Shown: positions 1-10,283, counted from the stretch's first letter. The stretch: 64,000 nt of DNA from an uncultured Candidatus Entotheonella sp. (GCA_965217185.1 OZ244252.1:1376001-1440000); one strand, 5' to 3'. Notes: generated from the letters alone by a model not told the origin. Numbers and translations are program-made.

Positions 1-1
1 G

Positions 2-1216
2 CTGCATGGGATTCCATACGCCGCCAAGGACATCATCGACGTGCAAGGCCTGCCCACCACCGCCGGATCGCCCTTGCTGGAGAATGCCATTGCCGATACC
101 GACGCCACCGTGGTGCGCCGCCTCAACCAGGCCGGCATGCTGCTGCTGGGCAAAACCTACACGGTGCAGTTTGCGCTCGGCGCGCCGGGTGTCAACCACG
201 ATCACGGCACGCCGCACAACCCCTGGCACGCCACCCACCACGTCCCCGGCGGCTCCAGCAGCGGCTCGGGCGTTGCCGTGGGGGCCGGTCTCGTGCCCGC
301 TGCCTTGGGCACCGACACCGGTGGCTCCGTGCGCATTCCGGCGGCCCTGTGCGGCACCGTCGGCCTCAAGACAACCGTCGGCCAAGTCAGCCGGCACGGC
401 GTGTTTCCCTTGAGTTGGACGCTGGATTCGGTTGGCCCGCTGGTGCGCTCGGTGGAAGACGCTGCGTTTCTCTATCAAGCCATGCGTGGCCCGGACCCGT
501 TCGATTCCACCACCCGCGACGCCCCGCCCCAGGACGTTCTGGCCGGTCTGCACAACGGGGTGCGCGGCCTGCGCATCGCTTTTGTCGACAACGTCTTCTG
601 GGACGACACCGACCCCGAAATCACTAGCGCCGTGCGGGCTTGCGGCGAGGTGTTTGCCAATCAGGGCGCACACGTGGATAGTCGCCCGTTGCCCGAAGCT
701 GATGCCTCCCAGGAAGCCAATCAGAGCGGCATCATCAGTGCCACCGAGGCCTACTTCGCCCATTTGCAGCGTATGGGCGAGCGCTTCGAGGAATACGATC
801 CGGTCGTCGCCTATCGCATTCTCCCGGCCAAAGACTTCTCCGCCGCCGATTACCTGCGCGCCCTACATGCCTGCACCACCCTGCAGGCCAACATCGCCCG
901 CGCCCTGCAGGACATTGACGTATTTCTCGCTCCAACCACGATGATCCCCACCGCGCCGCTGGACGAAGTGGATGCCTCGCTGGACGCCTACACGCCCTTC
1001 AACCTGCGGTACTCGCGCAATACCCGCGTGGCCAACGTGCTCGGACTCTGTGCCCTCACCGTGCCCTGCGGCTTCACCAGCGAGGGGCTGCCTATCGGCC
1101 TCATGATCCACGGCAAGCCGCGCGACGAGGCCATGGTGTTGCGCGTCGGCCAAGCATTCGAGCAGGCGACCGACTGGCACCAGCGGACTCCTGACCTGCA
1201 GTGGGCCGAGCGGTAA
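2..1216 (+). CDS. Amidase-signature family enzyme (5' end outside window)
   Basis: Frame open from base 2 (LHGIPYAAKD...); GGSSSGS and GTDTGGSVRIP amidase motifs. Confidence 0.9.
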   Translation: MHGIPYAAKDIIDVQGLPTTAGSPLLENAIADTDATVVRRLNQAGMLLLGKTYTVQFALGAPGVNHDHGTPHNPWHATHHVPGGSSSGSGVAVGAGLVPAALGTDTGGSVRIPAALCGTVGLKTTVGQVSRHGVFPLSWTLDSVGPLVRSVEDAAFLYQAMRGPDPFDSTTRDAPPQDVLAGLHNGVRGLRIAFVDNVFWDDTDPEITSAVRACGEVFANQGAHVDSRPLPEADASQEANQSGIISATEAYFAHLQRMGERFEEYDPVVAYRILPAKDFSAADYLRALHACTTLQANIARALQDIDVFLAPTTMIPTAPLDEVDASLDAYTPFNLRYSRNTRVANVLGLCALTVPCGFTSEGLPIGLMIHGKPRDEAMVLRVGQAFEQATDWHQRTPDLQWAER

Positions 1217-1265
1217 TTGACGGACAAACCGTCATCGACAATCAGACAGAAAGGGAATTCCAAAT

Positions 1266-2369
1266 ATGAAAGCTGCCGTCCTTTCGGAAGTGGGCGGACG
1301 CCTGCAAGTCGAAGACATTCCCCGGCCAAAGCCCAAGGCCGGCGAGGTGTTGGTGCGCGTTGCCGCCTGCGGCGTCTGCCACACGGATCTGCACGTCGTC
1401 AAGGGTGAGGTCAACTTCCCGATGCCGTGCGTGCTGGGTCATGAGGTGTCCGGCACCGTGGAAGAAGTAGCGCCCGACGTATCGACCGTGCGCCGAGGCG
1501 ATCCCGTGGTCTGCGGCTTCATCATGCCGTGCGGTTTCTGCGACTACTGCGCGCGCGGCCGCGACGAACTATGCACCACCTTCTTCGCTATGAATCGCTT
1601 GCAAGGCACCTTGTACGACGGCGAGAGCCGCCTGCAGCGCCCCGACGGCTCGAAGTTGGCGATGTACAGCATGGGCGGCTTGGCGGAATACGCCGTGATG
1701 CCCGCTACCGGTGTGTTTGCGGCGCCCGCCGGCGTAGCGTTGTCCGACGCCTGCATTATCGGCTGCGCCATGATGACGGCGTACGGCGCCGTCAAGAACC
1801 AGGCGCAGGTGCAGCCGCGCGATACCGTGGCGGTGGTGGGCGCCGGCGGTGTGGGTTCCAACGTTATCCAGACCGCCCGAGCCTTCGGCGCCGGACAGAT
1901 CATCGCCGTGGACATCCGGGACGACAAGCTGGAAGCAGCGCGCGGCCTTGGCGCCACGCACACGGTGAACGCCGCGCAGGACGACCCGGTTGCCGGGGTG
2001 GCGGCGCTCACCGACGGCCAAGGGGTCGATATCGCCATCGAGGTGCTCGGGCGTCCGGAAACCGTGCAGAACGCCTTCATGATGACCCGCGACGGCGGCC
2101 GCACGGTGATTATCGGCGTCGCGCCCGGCACCACCACCGCGGCCATCGAGATTACCCGGCTGGTGCGGCGCGGCATCCAGGTCCTGGGCTCGTACGGCAG
2201 CCGCGTGCGCACCGACCTGCCGGAAGTCATTGCCATGGCGGCGCGCGGCCAGGTGAGCGTCTCGCAGCCCATCACGCGCCATTACACCCTCGACCAGGTG
2301 GACGAAGCCTACGCCACCCTCAATCGCGGCGATATTGTCGGGCGCGCCATCATCACGATGGACGGGTGA
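1266..2369 (+). CDS. Zn-dependent alcohol dehydrogenase (MDR family)
   Basis: CHTD, GHEVSG, CxxCxxCxxxxxxxC structural Zn site, GAGGVG Rossmann motif. Confidence 0.93.
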   Translation: MKAAVLSEVGGRLQVEDIPRPKPKAGEVLVRVAACGVCHTDLHVVKGEVNFPMPCVLGHEVSGTVEEVAPDVSTVRRGDPVVCGFIMPCGFCDYCARGRDELCTTFFAMNRLQGTLYDGESRLQRPDGSKLAMYSMGGLAEYAVMPATGVFAAPAGVALSDACIIGCAMMTAYGAVKNQAQVQPRDTVAVVGAGGVGSNVIQTARAFGAGQIIAVDIRDDKLEAARGLGATHTVNAAQDDPVAGVAALTDGQGVDIAIEVLGRPETVQNAFMMTRDGGRTVIIGVAPGTTTAAIEITRLVRRGIQVLGSYGSRVRTDLPEVIAMAARGQVSVSQPITRHYTLDQVDEAYATLNRGDIVGRAIITMDG

Positions 2370-2374
2370 GGTAG

Positions 2375-3123
2375 GCCGGGTAAGGAGGTGGCATCGCTGA
2401 CATCCCCTCCCCTAAGAACTGTGCATGTGGCTTTCACCACACACAGCTCAAGCAAACCAGCCGTAGAATTCGTTGCCTCCAATGGCGCGCCCACTTATGG
2501 CCGGCGTCCTGGCTCTGTTTGCAACCTTGCTGGCTGCATCTAACATCCGCCAGAATAAGCCATCTTTGCCACGTCCTATGGCCGATCCACCAGTTGCACG
2601 TCAGCACCCTTTCGGGTCGGGCATGAGCCCTATCCAGCAGCTTATGATTTCGCTTTGCCTTTCGGCGGCTGGCATTCGCTTCTTGCAACCTCCTGTTCCC
2701 GCTGAAGAGTTGGCCCTTCCTCGCGGTCGGGTAACTGACCCGAAGGTCAGACCTCAACGGGGTTCCCCTGTTCCGCATTCCTGAGATACGATCGGGTTAG
2801 GTGCCTTCTCTACGCCGGAGCCTGTGGTGCGCGCGAAGGGAACCTGGGCGTTTCCCTTGTCACTTGCGGCCCTGCACCACCGTTTCATCCATCTTTTCGG
2901 TGGCTGTTGTTTACGACGCCTCCCGCGAAGGTTCATAGACATTCACCATACCGATCTTCGCCTTGCCCTGGGTCAGGTGATGGCTACCATTTCCATTGGG
3001 CTTTTCGTCCCAGCTTCAGACCCTGCCGTTACCAGCAATGCATGTGGGACTGGCGACCGGCCTGCACACTGGCCGGGATTTCTTCTACAGAATCACTCAT
3101 AGAATGCGACTTTCAGGTCGCAC
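2375..3123 (-). ncRNA. ORF-less group II intron (IIB-like ribozyme)
   Basis: 5' GTGCG at 3123; 34-nt domain V GAGCTGTGTGTGGTGAAAGCCACATGCACAGTTC (2449-2416) with AGC triad and GAAA loop; DVI ending CCTTACCCGGC; EBS1/IBS1 and EBS2/IBS2 complementary; no RT ORF. Confidence 0.92.
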
Positions 3124-3415
3124 GCCCAGCAACAACATAGCCGTCACAGAGTGCCAAATTCGGCACAGGGGTCACCGGAGTAGTTTGGCAAGTTATTGGA
3201 AGGTTCCAAAAATAGCTGCCATTGTCAAACAGCGGACGCCGCCGGAAACTGGCAGGCGGGCGTTGGCGAGTGAGTTGGTTTGACATGGCTTCGTTAATCG
3301 CCCAATAACAAGAGGTCAAGAGGTATACTTGGGGAAGAGGGCATTGACCAAGGTCAGACTCAAAAGGCCGTCAAGAACGCGTACCGTAAGCTGGTTCAGA
3401 GCGAAAAAGGAGTCC

Positions 3416-3904
3416 ATGATGGACTCAGGCAGCGTCAGTAAATGGCTGGGGATTGGAGTTTCTGTCGTTGTGCTACTGGGGGCTGTATGGGGGCTTTTGA
3501 TGGCCTCAAACAACAAATTGCTATTGCAGATAAACAAGGAACGTGAACCGCTCCGAGAAGAAGTGACTAAGGTCCGCGAAGATGTGGGGGGCTTAACGGG
3601 CCGGATGGATGTCGCGCTTGAACAGTTGCAGTCTTTGCAAGCGAATTACGCTGCAATGAATGCGAGTCTGACTACGCTTGCCCATGATATGGGGGTAATG
3701 AGTGGAGATAGGAGCCCCGAGTTCGTAAGACGTCATACGACTTTCGTACTCTCCGTTGATGAACCCACTATGCGATTTGTAGGATTGGTCGAGAGTCTGC
3801 TAGATGCAGGTGTAACTTGGGAATTGATAACGAAGGCCACGGGTTTTGACGAGTCCCAATTTCAATTCCTTAAAGAACAACTCAAGGCTCGTCACAACGA
3901 GTAA
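3416..3904 (+). CDS. Hypothetical protein: N-terminal TM helix, coiled coil, Rpn-like C-terminal tail
   Basis: AAGGAG RBS before ATG 3416; hydrophobic WLGIGVSVVVLLGAVWGLL; tail VESLLDAGVTWELITKATGFDESQF. Confidence 0.7.
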   Translation: MMDSGSVSKWLGIGVSVVVLLGAVWGLLMASNNKLLLQINKEREPLREEVTKVREDVGGLTGRMDVALEQLQSLQANYAAMNASLTTLAHDMGVMSGDRSPEFVRRHTTFVLSVDEPTMRFVGLVESLLDAGVTWELITKATGFDESQFQFLKEQLKARHNE

Positions 3905-3972
3905 CGTCTTGCCGCCATATTTTTCTATCGTGGATTACCATCCCTTCCTGTTTCATCTATGCACGACACAAA

Positions 3973-4761
3973 TCACGTCACCAGCCGGCGTTTTAGCAGG
4001 TGAATCGCGATCGGCAGAATGACGGCCGTGAGGCCCATCATGTATAGCGCCGACCACAGGTGTGTCAGCGCCAGTTGGCCTTTTGCGAACCCCTGCGCGA
4101 TGTGCACGCCCGGCGTCAACGGCAGCACCCAGGCCAGGGGTTCCAGAACGTCGGGCAGCACGGCGATCGGAAAGAATGAGCCGCTGAAAAAATAGAGCGG
4201 CGTTGCCACCACCGTGAATACCAGCGAAAGCGTGTGCGTGTTCGGTGACAACGCCGCGAAAATCAGTCCTATTGCGCCAATCTCCATGCCAACCAGCAGG
4301 GCCGCCAGAAGCATGCCGACAGCCCACGGCGACGTGATCCAGCCGAAAACTACGGCTACCGTGCCCACCGATATCGTCGTCAGCACCGCGCGGGTCATCG
4401 CCCATGCCACGTCCCCCAGGGCCAGCTCGGTGACGGTGACGGGCGCGGTCAGTGCGGTTTCGTAGAACCCGCCGGTAATGCGGTAGAAGACCCCCCACGA
4501 GCACTCGAAAATGGCGTGGATCATGGCCGAGGCCATGATGATGCCGGGCGTTACGAAAACGGAATACGGCACACCCTCGACCTCGTCCACCAGACGACCG
4601 ATGCCGAACCCCACCGCGACCAGTGCGAATGCCGGTTCGACCAGGTACCAGGTCGTCGCCACCTTCCAGATACGCTTGAGCGCCACGGCATGCCGCAGCC
4701 ACAGCGCCTGCACACTGCGCCACCGTATGCCGGCAGCCATCCATGCAGCTTGGGTCCTCAT
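3973..4761 (-). CDS. ABC-2 type exporter permease (NodJ-like)
   Basis: About six hydrophobic segments, PLYFFSGSFFP motif; start overlaps the ATPase stop. Confidence 0.88.
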   Translation of the reverse strand: MRTQAAWMAAGIRWRSVQALWLRHAVALKRIWKVATTWYLVEPAFALVAVGFGIGRLVDEVEGVPYSVFVTPGIIMASAMIHAIFECSWGVFYRITGGFYETALTAPVTVTELALGDVAWAMTRAVLTTISVGTVAVVFGWITSPWAVGMLLAALLVGMEIGAIGLIFAALSPNTHTLSLVFTVVATPLYFFSGSFFPIAVLPDVLEPLAWVLPLTPGVHIAQGFAKGQLALTHLWSALYMMGLTAVILPIAIHLLKRRLVT

Positions 4762-5711
4762 TTGTCCCCGAGCCCCCTGCCCGCCACAGCGAGAAACACG
4801 TCCTCCAGGTTGCCGGGGCGATAGGTGATACGCACGCCGTCCATCGGCGGCACCTGCGGCCGCTGGCCGTTGTGGGCTGCAACGTGGATCGTCGTACCGA
4901 CCTCGCGCCAAGCGAAGCCGGACGCGGCCAGCGCGGCCCGAACCGCAGTCCGCGCGTCCGTTGCCAGGCGAAGCTGCGCCACCTCGGTGCTGGCGTGCCG
5001 CGCGATCAGCTCGTCGGGTGTACCCTCATCCAGAATGCGGCCCAGGTGCATGATAGCAATGCGGTCGCACAAGGCCGCTGCTTCCTCCATATAGTGCGTG
5101 GACATCAAAATCGTGACGCCCGATGCCTTGAGGACGGCCAGCTTCTCCCACACAAGGTTGCGGCCCTGCGGGTCCAATCCGGTGGTTGGCTCGTCGAGGA
5201 TGATGACGTCCGGCTCCATCATGAAAGCGCGGGCAATCGCCAATCGGCGCTTCATGCCGCCTGACAAGTGATCGATGTCGTCGTTGGCCCGGTCGCTCAA
5301 CCCGAAGAACGCCAGCACCTCAGTGGCCCGACGCTTCGACTCGCGGCGTGACAGGCCCGAGAAGTAACCGTACGTTTCCAGATTCTGCTGCACCGTCAGA
5401 TCGGTATCGAGGCCGTCCTGCTGCGTCACCACGCCAAGGCGCTTGCGCACCGCCCGGCCTTGGTGCGTGACGTCCAATCCCGCCACCATAAGTTCGCCGC
5501 CGGTCAGCGGCGACAGGGCGCTCAGCAGGCGCATCAGGGTGGTCTTGCCAGCGCCGTTCGGGCCCAACAGGCCATAGGTTTCGCCCGACATGACGTCGAA
5601 CGTCACACCGGCCACGGCTGTCGTGGAGCCAAAACGCTTCACGATATCGCGCCCTCGGATGATTGCCTGGGTGTTCGGTCCGCGGGTCGTTTCAATCGGC
5701 ATGTCTGTCAA
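4758..5711 (-). CDS. ABC exporter ATP-binding protein (NodI/DrrA-like)
   Basis: GPNGAGKTT, LSGGMKRR, ILDEPTTGLD. Confidence 0.92.
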   Translation of the reverse strand: MTDMPIETTRGPNTQAIIRGRDIVKRFGSTTAVAGVTFDVMSGETYGLLGPNGAGKTTLMRLLSALSPLTGGELMVAGLDVTHQGRAVRKRLGVVTQQDGLDTDLTVQQNLETYGYFSGLSRRESKRRATEVLAFFGLSDRANDDIDHLSGGMKRRLAIARAFMMEPDVIILDEPTTGLDPQGRNLVWEKLAVLKASGVTILMSTHYMEEAAALCDRIAIMHLGRILDEGTPDELIARHASTEVAQLRLATDARTAVRAALAASGFAWREVGTTIHVAAHNGQRPQVPPMDGVRITYRPGNLEDVFLAVAGRGLGDK

Positions 5712-5884
5712 CGGATGGTCTCAACTGAGTTCAAGAAGGGTTGTGTTGTGGTTTGTCGAGAGGCAGTTCAGGCAACTGTATTTTTACCCCCTGGGTTTGT
5801 CAAACGCGCGCCCATGGGCCTTGCCCGTGACCAACCTGCCACGTATGATGCCCAAAATAGATTTCGTAGTACGAAGGAGAGCCA

Positions 5885-7027
5885 ATGGGACCGCTTGAAG
5901 GAGTGAAAATCGTTGAATTCGGTGGCATCGGTCCGGCCCCGATGTGCGCGATGCTGCTGGCCGATATGGGCGCGGAGATTCTGCGCATCGACCGCTTGCA
6001 GCCGTCCAACCTGGGCATCCCGGTGCCGCCGCGCTATGCGGTGATGGAACGCAGCCGCCGCTCGCTTGCCGTCGATCTCAAGAATCCCCAGGGGCTGGAG
6101 GCCGTGCGGCGCCTGCTGGATCAGGCGGATGCGCTGATCGAAGGCTTTCGGCCAGGTGTCATGGAGCGGCTGGGGCTCGGCCCTGATACCTGCTTGGCGC
6201 GTAACCCGCGAATCGTTTTTGGCCGTGTGACCGGATGGGGACAGGAAGGCCCGTTGGCGCAGGCGGCAGGGCACGATATCAACTACATCAGCCTGACCGG
6301 CGCGGCGCACGCCATCGGCAGACCGGGGCAGCCGCCGACGCCGCCTCTCAATCTGGTCGGCGATTTCGGCGGCGGGGCGCTGTATCTGGCCCTCGGCATC
6401 GTGGCGGCCCTGTTGGAAGCCCGCGAGTCGGGCAAGGGGCAAGTGGTGGACGCCGCCATGGTGGACGGCGCCGCGTCGCTGATGGCCTCGACCTATGGCA
6501 TGTACGCCGCCGGTCGGATTGACAACCGCCGGGGCGAGAATCTCCTGGACGGCGGCGCCCATTTCTACGATGCCTACGAAACCGCTGACGGCAAGTACAT
6601 TTCCATCGCCGCTATCGAGGCCAAGTTCTACGCTGACCTGCTGAATCGCCTCGGGTTGGTTGACCAGGACATGCCGCCCCAGATGGAGCGCGACCGTTGG
6701 CCTGAACTGAAGGAGCGTCTGGCGAAACTCTTCCGAACCAAAACCCGCCAGCAATGGTGCGACATCCTGGAAGGCACGGACGTCTGCTTTGCACCGGTTC
6801 TCGACCTTGACGAGGCGCCTCGACACCCCCACAACGTCGTTCGTCAAACATTTGTCGAGGTCGATGGTGTCACGCAACCGGCGCCGGCGCCGCGCTTCAG
6901 CCGTACCCCGGCGCGCATCCAAAGCGCCCCGGCGGCAGCGGGTGAACACACCGAGGAAGGCTTTCGGGATTGGGGATTCTCCCAGGAAGAGATTGCACAC
7001 CTACGCGCCGCCGACGCCATCGCGTAG
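5885..7027 (+). CDS. CaiB/BaiF CoA-transferase family, alpha-methylacyl-CoA racemase-like
   Basis: [35 protein letters not shown] motifs. Confidence 0.93.
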   Translation: MGPLEGVKIVEFGGIGPAPMCAMLLADMGAEILRIDRLQPSNLGIPVPPRYAVMERSRRSLAVDLKNPQGLEAVRRLLDQADALIEGFRPGVMERLGLGPDTCLARNPRIVFGRVTGWGQEGPLAQAAGHDINYISLTGAAHAIGRPGQPPTPPLNLVGDFGGGALYLALGIVAALLEARESGKGQVVDAAMVDGAASLMASTYGMYAAGRIDNRRGENLLDGGAHFYDAYETADGKYISIAAIEAKFYADLLNRLGLVDQDMPPQMERDRWPELKERLAKLFRTKTRQQWCDILEGTDVCFAPVLDLDEAPRHPHNVVRQTFVEVDGVTQPAPAPRFSRTPARIQSAPAAAGEHTEEGFRDWGFSQEEIAHLRAADAIA

Positions 7028-7028
7028 G

Positions 7029-7084
7029 CAACACAACGTAACGCATCAACACAACGTAACACACCAAAACGTAACACACCAAAA
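7029..7084 (+). repeat. Short imperfect tandem repeat (AACGTAACRCAYCAA x3) ending at the RBS
   Basis: caacacaacgtaacgcat caacacaacgtaacacac caaaacgtaacacac caaaaggag. Confidence 0.75.
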
Positions 7085-7095
7085 GGAGAGTCAGA

Positions 7096-7518
7096 ATGGA
7101 TTTTACGCAGGCCCGCCCGTTTCTCGAAAGCCATCACTGGGGCATTGTGACCACCCATCAGCGCAACGGTGCGGCTCAGAACAGCATCGTATACTGCGGC
7201 GCGTACCAGGATCAGGCCGTCTTCGTGGCGGTGTACGGAAAGTCCGCCAAGGTGCGCAACTTGCGACGGGACCCGCGCTGCACCGTGCTAGCTGTGGCCA
7301 AGGACTGGCGCAGTTGGGTGACCGTGGAGGGCGAAGTGGAACTGTTTGATTATTCCAACACGGAGGGCGAAAAAATGCGGGTTTTGTTCCGCGAGATGTT
7401 TCGCGCCTGCGGCGACCACGAGCATCCCGATTGGGAAGATTATGACCGCGCCATGGTGGATCAGGGCGCTGTGGGGGTGCTGGTGCGCCCGCAGCGTGTT
7501 TACGGTCTGCTTCGCTGA
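7096..7518 (+). CDS. PPOX-class (F420/FMN split-barrel) oxidoreductase
   Basis: KVRNLRRDPRCTV, WVTVEG and WEDYDRAM motifs; strong RBS. Confidence 0.85.
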   Translation: MDFTQARPFLESHHWGIVTTHQRNGAAQNSIVYCGAYQDQAVFVAVYGKSAKVRNLRRDPRCTVLAVAKDWRSWVTVEGEVELFDYSNTEGEKMRVLFREMFRACGDHEHPDWEDYDRAMVDQGAVGVLVRPQRVYGLLR

Positions 7519-7526
7519 TACCCGCC

Positions 7527-8345
7527 TCACGCCTGTGCGACGATAAACAGGCGGCGGAAGGGATACAGGGTTTGGCCGTCCGTCCGTTGCGGATACGCGT
7601 CGCGCAGCGCCTGCTGGTACGCGTCGAGGAATACCTGCCTGTCGGCCTCCCCCAGGCCGTTCAAAATAGGGCGCAAGCCGGTGCCTTTGACCCACTCCAG
7701 CACCGGGTCCTCGCCTGCCAAAACCTGAAGATACTCCGTTTCCCAAATGTCGAGTTGTTGCCCAAGCGGGGACAGCAGGTCGTAGTACACCTCGGCGTCC
7801 TCGACCCATTTGCGACGCACCGCGGCCAGCACGGTGTCGTCGCCGATCGCTGTGCCGTCGGGTCCGCCGTGTTCGAGGGTGTGCCGCATCAAGCGGTGCG
7901 ACGGCATGTCCCAACTCAGCGGCATCTGCACGGCCAGACAGCCGCCGGGGTTGACATAACCCATCAGGCGTGGGAACAAGTCGCGGTGGTCGTCGAGCCA
8001 CTGCAAGGTGGCGTTGGAATAAATCAAGTCGGGAGCCTCGCGCGGCACCCAGTCGCGGATATTGGCCTCCAGCCAATGCACTGACGACGGCTCGGCGGCG
8101 GCTTGAGCCAGCATCTCCGGTGATTGGTCGAGGCCGTATACCGTGGCTGAGGGCCACTGTTGCGACATCAGACGTGCGATGTGCCCGGAGCCGCAGCCCA
8201 GGTCATAGACCACGCGCGGCGCGGCAAGCGGCACCCGGCCCAGCAGTTCCAGCGCCGGACGCAGGCGGTGGTCGGCAAACTTCAGGTATTGATTCGGGTC
8301 CCAGTGCGTTCCGGCCACTTCACCCTGGTGCGGCCTGCCCGACAT
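7527..8345 (-). CDS. tam: Trans-aconitate 2-methyltransferase
   Basis: WDPNQYLKFADHRLRP, DLGCGSG, SNATLQW, WVKGTGLRP, YPFRRLFIVA. Confidence 0.9.
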   Translation of the reverse strand: MSGRPHQGEVAGTHWDPNQYLKFADHRLRPALELLGRVPLAAPRVVYDLGCGSGHIARLMSQQWPSATVYGLDQSPEMLAQAAAEPSSVHWLEANIRDWVPREAPDLIYSNATLQWLDDHRDLFPRLMGYVNPGGCLAVQMPLSWDMPSHRLMRHTLEHGGPDGTAIGDDTVLAAVRRKWVEDAEVYYDLLSPLGQQLDIWETEYLQVLAGEDPVLEWVKGTGLRPILNGLGEADRQVFLDAYQQALRDAYPQRTDGQTLYPFRRLFIVAQA

Positions 8346-8371
8346 GCTCTCTCCTCATCTCGTACCGTGCC

Positions 8372-8400
8372 TTGACACGATTTGACGGGGCTGTGATAGT
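8372..8400 (+). promoter_or_regulatory. Putative sigma70 promoter
   Basis: TTGACA-17 bp-GATAGT with extended TG, upstream of the ORF at 8460. Confidence 0.5.
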
Positions 8401-8459
8401 TGCGCCCCGCATTTTGGTTCTCGAATCTCACCATCACCATGGAAACAGGAGCGCATCCC

Positions 8460-8876
8460 ATGCAGGACTCCAAGCCACCCCGGAGCCGCGCCGTTGGCTT
8501 CGTCATTGTCTGTATCGTCGTGCTCGGCACCGGCGTTTACCTGAACGCCGGGTTCAACGGCAAGGTCGCCGAGTTGCGGGCCGAGCTCAATGAGCGTTTC
8601 AAAACGCTGTCAGAGGAAACCACCGGCGTCAAACCCGAAGTCCAGACGAACCGGGGCGCCTTGGGACGGCTTGAGGACGGCCTCATCTCCCTCGAATCCC
8701 GGGTCAAAAGCGTCTCGGCACTCGCCACGCAGACACACGACATGCTGTTCGAGCAAATCAGCGTCCAGCAGGAGCAGGACGAGACCCTGAAGGACACCCT
8801 GAGCGCTCTGGTCGAAACCAGCCGCGAATTGCAACGTCAGATCGACGCCCTGCTCGGCACCACGCAAGCACCGTAA
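8460..8876 (+). CDS. Hypothetical protein: N-terminal TM helix plus coiled coil
   Basis: AGGAG RBS; AVGFVIVCIVVLGTGVYL followed by heptad-rich helix. Confidence 0.65.
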   Translation: MQDSKPPRSRAVGFVIVCIVVLGTGVYLNAGFNGKVAELRAELNERFKTLSEETTGVKPEVQTNRGALGRLEDGLISLESRVKSVSALATQTHDMLFEQISVQQEQDETLKDTLSALVETSRELQRQIDALLGTTQAP

Positions 8877-8930
8877 GAGCAGGCGTCCGAGTAGCGCGAC
8901 GGCCAATTCGCTGGCGCTTCACGGTTTCCG

Positions 8931-10283
8931 TTATCCCCTCCTGGCGTACCGTCGGTAGATTCTCTTGATCTGCCCCTCCGCTTTTTTCGCTGCCTGCTCC
9001 GCCGTCATGCGGCCCGTCGCGTGTGCCGCCGCGGCATCCGGGATGATGAACTGATCCGCCACCGCCTGGGCCGCCGCGGTCGGGATGCCGGGCCAACCTA
9101 TCGCGTGAACATAACTTGACATGTATGGCGCGAAGTAGAACTTGGGATTGGAGGCGTAGATGGGGTGCATGGAGAACGCCTTCAGGAACGGCTGGTTGTA
9201 ACCATGGCTGGCGGTGAGGAACTTCTCCTGCTGTTCCTTCTCGAAGTGCCATTCGAAAAATTCCTTGGCGAGCTCTTGCACTTTCGACCACTTCCAGATG
9301 CCGATGCCGATATGCCCCGCCGGCCCGTGCCGCCCTGCCGGTCCCTTGGGCGGCATGATGTGGTTGATGACCGTGTGGATGGGGCGCTCGGTGCCCGGAA
9401 TCACGGCGTTGTCCTGCCGTGCCGAGTTGTAGGCGCTGATCGGGTTGAGGATCATGCTGCACCTGCCGGAATTGAGGCACACGTTGTTGTTGCGGTCGTC
9501 CCAGGCGAGTACCTCTTCCTCCATGCAGTCCTGATAGAGCGCCTTGATAAATTTCAGCGCCTCGACGGTCTCCTTGGAATTGATGGCCACCGTCTTGCTG
9601 TCGTCCTCGACCAGCTTGCCGCCCCAACTCCAGATGATGGCGCGCATCGAGCCGTTGGCGTCGGCGCCGTGAGATAACGGAAATCCAACGGGATGGCCCT
9701 TGGCCTTCAGCTTTTTGCCGATGCGGTGCACGTCCGCCCAGGTGTCCGGCAGGTTCTCGCCGATCTCGGCGATCAGGTCGGTGCGCAAGGCCAGCGGGCC
9801 GGTGATGAAATACCACGGCAGGGCGCGGTAATGGCCGCCACGGCCCTTGCCGATGATGGTGTTGCTGTAGCCGCCGGCGCGGCGGCCAATCTTGTCGTGC
9901 AGGTCGTCGAGATTGACCAGGTGCTTGGAGTACAAATGCGGGTTGGCGTCGGCCGCAATCGTGATGTCGTGGCCCTTCTGCCCCTGCACCTCGCTCGCCA
10001 TGATGGCGGGTAGTTGCAAGTGGGCCACGCGGTCCATGCGCACCTTGACACCGGCCATGGCGCCGAACTCTTCGAGTTGCCGCTTCAGTTCCGCGTCCGA
10101 AGTCGGCACGAAGTGGGACCACGTCAGCAATTTGAGTTCCCGCTCCTGCGCCATCAAGGGCGCCGTCTTGGCCAACAGCATGCCGGCGAGGCCGGCCGTC
10201 GTTGCCGTCGAGGCGCGCAGGAACGCCCGCCGTTTGAGGGAATTGTCACCGGATCGGACCGTATGTAGCGGTTCGGATTGCAT
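8931..10283 (-). CDS. Tat-exported ABC solute-binding protein (sugar/SBP_bac_1-like), orphan
   Basis: KRRAFL Tat motif; WSHFVP, PDTW, WDDRNNN; no adjacent permease. Confidence 0.85.
   Translation of the reverse strand: MQSEPLHTVRSGDNSLKRRAFLRASTATTAGLAGMLLAKTAPLMAQERELKLLTWSHFVPTSDAELKRQLEEFGAMAGVKVRMDRVAHLQLPAIMASEVQGQKGHDITIAADANPHLYSKHLVNLDDLHDKIGRRAGGYSNTIIGKGRGGHYRALPWYFITGPLALRTDLIAEIGENLPDTWADVHRIGKKLKAKGHPVGFPLSHGADANGSMRAIIWSWGGKLVEDDSKTVAINSKETVEALKFIKALYQDCMEEEVLAWDDRNNNVCLNSGRCSMILNPISAYNSARQDNAVIPGTERPIHTVINHIMPPKGPAGRHGPAGHIGIGIWKWSKVQELAKEFFEWHFEKEQQEKFLTASHGYNQPFLKAFSMHPIYASNPKFYFAPYMSSYVHAIGWPGIPTAAAQAVADQFIIPDAAAAHATGRMTAEQAAKKAEGQIKRIYRRYARRG

Noticed and set aside
2434..3140. 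Short ORFs on both strands
   Set aside because: They lie inside the group II intron RNA and carry no RT or other motifs.
3124..3330. Possible integron attC site at the intron target
   Set aside because: No convincing RYYYAAC/GTTRRRY paired ends and no integrase.
3973..5711. Nodulation genes nodIJ
   Set aside because: Only family-level similarity; no nodABC; substrate unknown.
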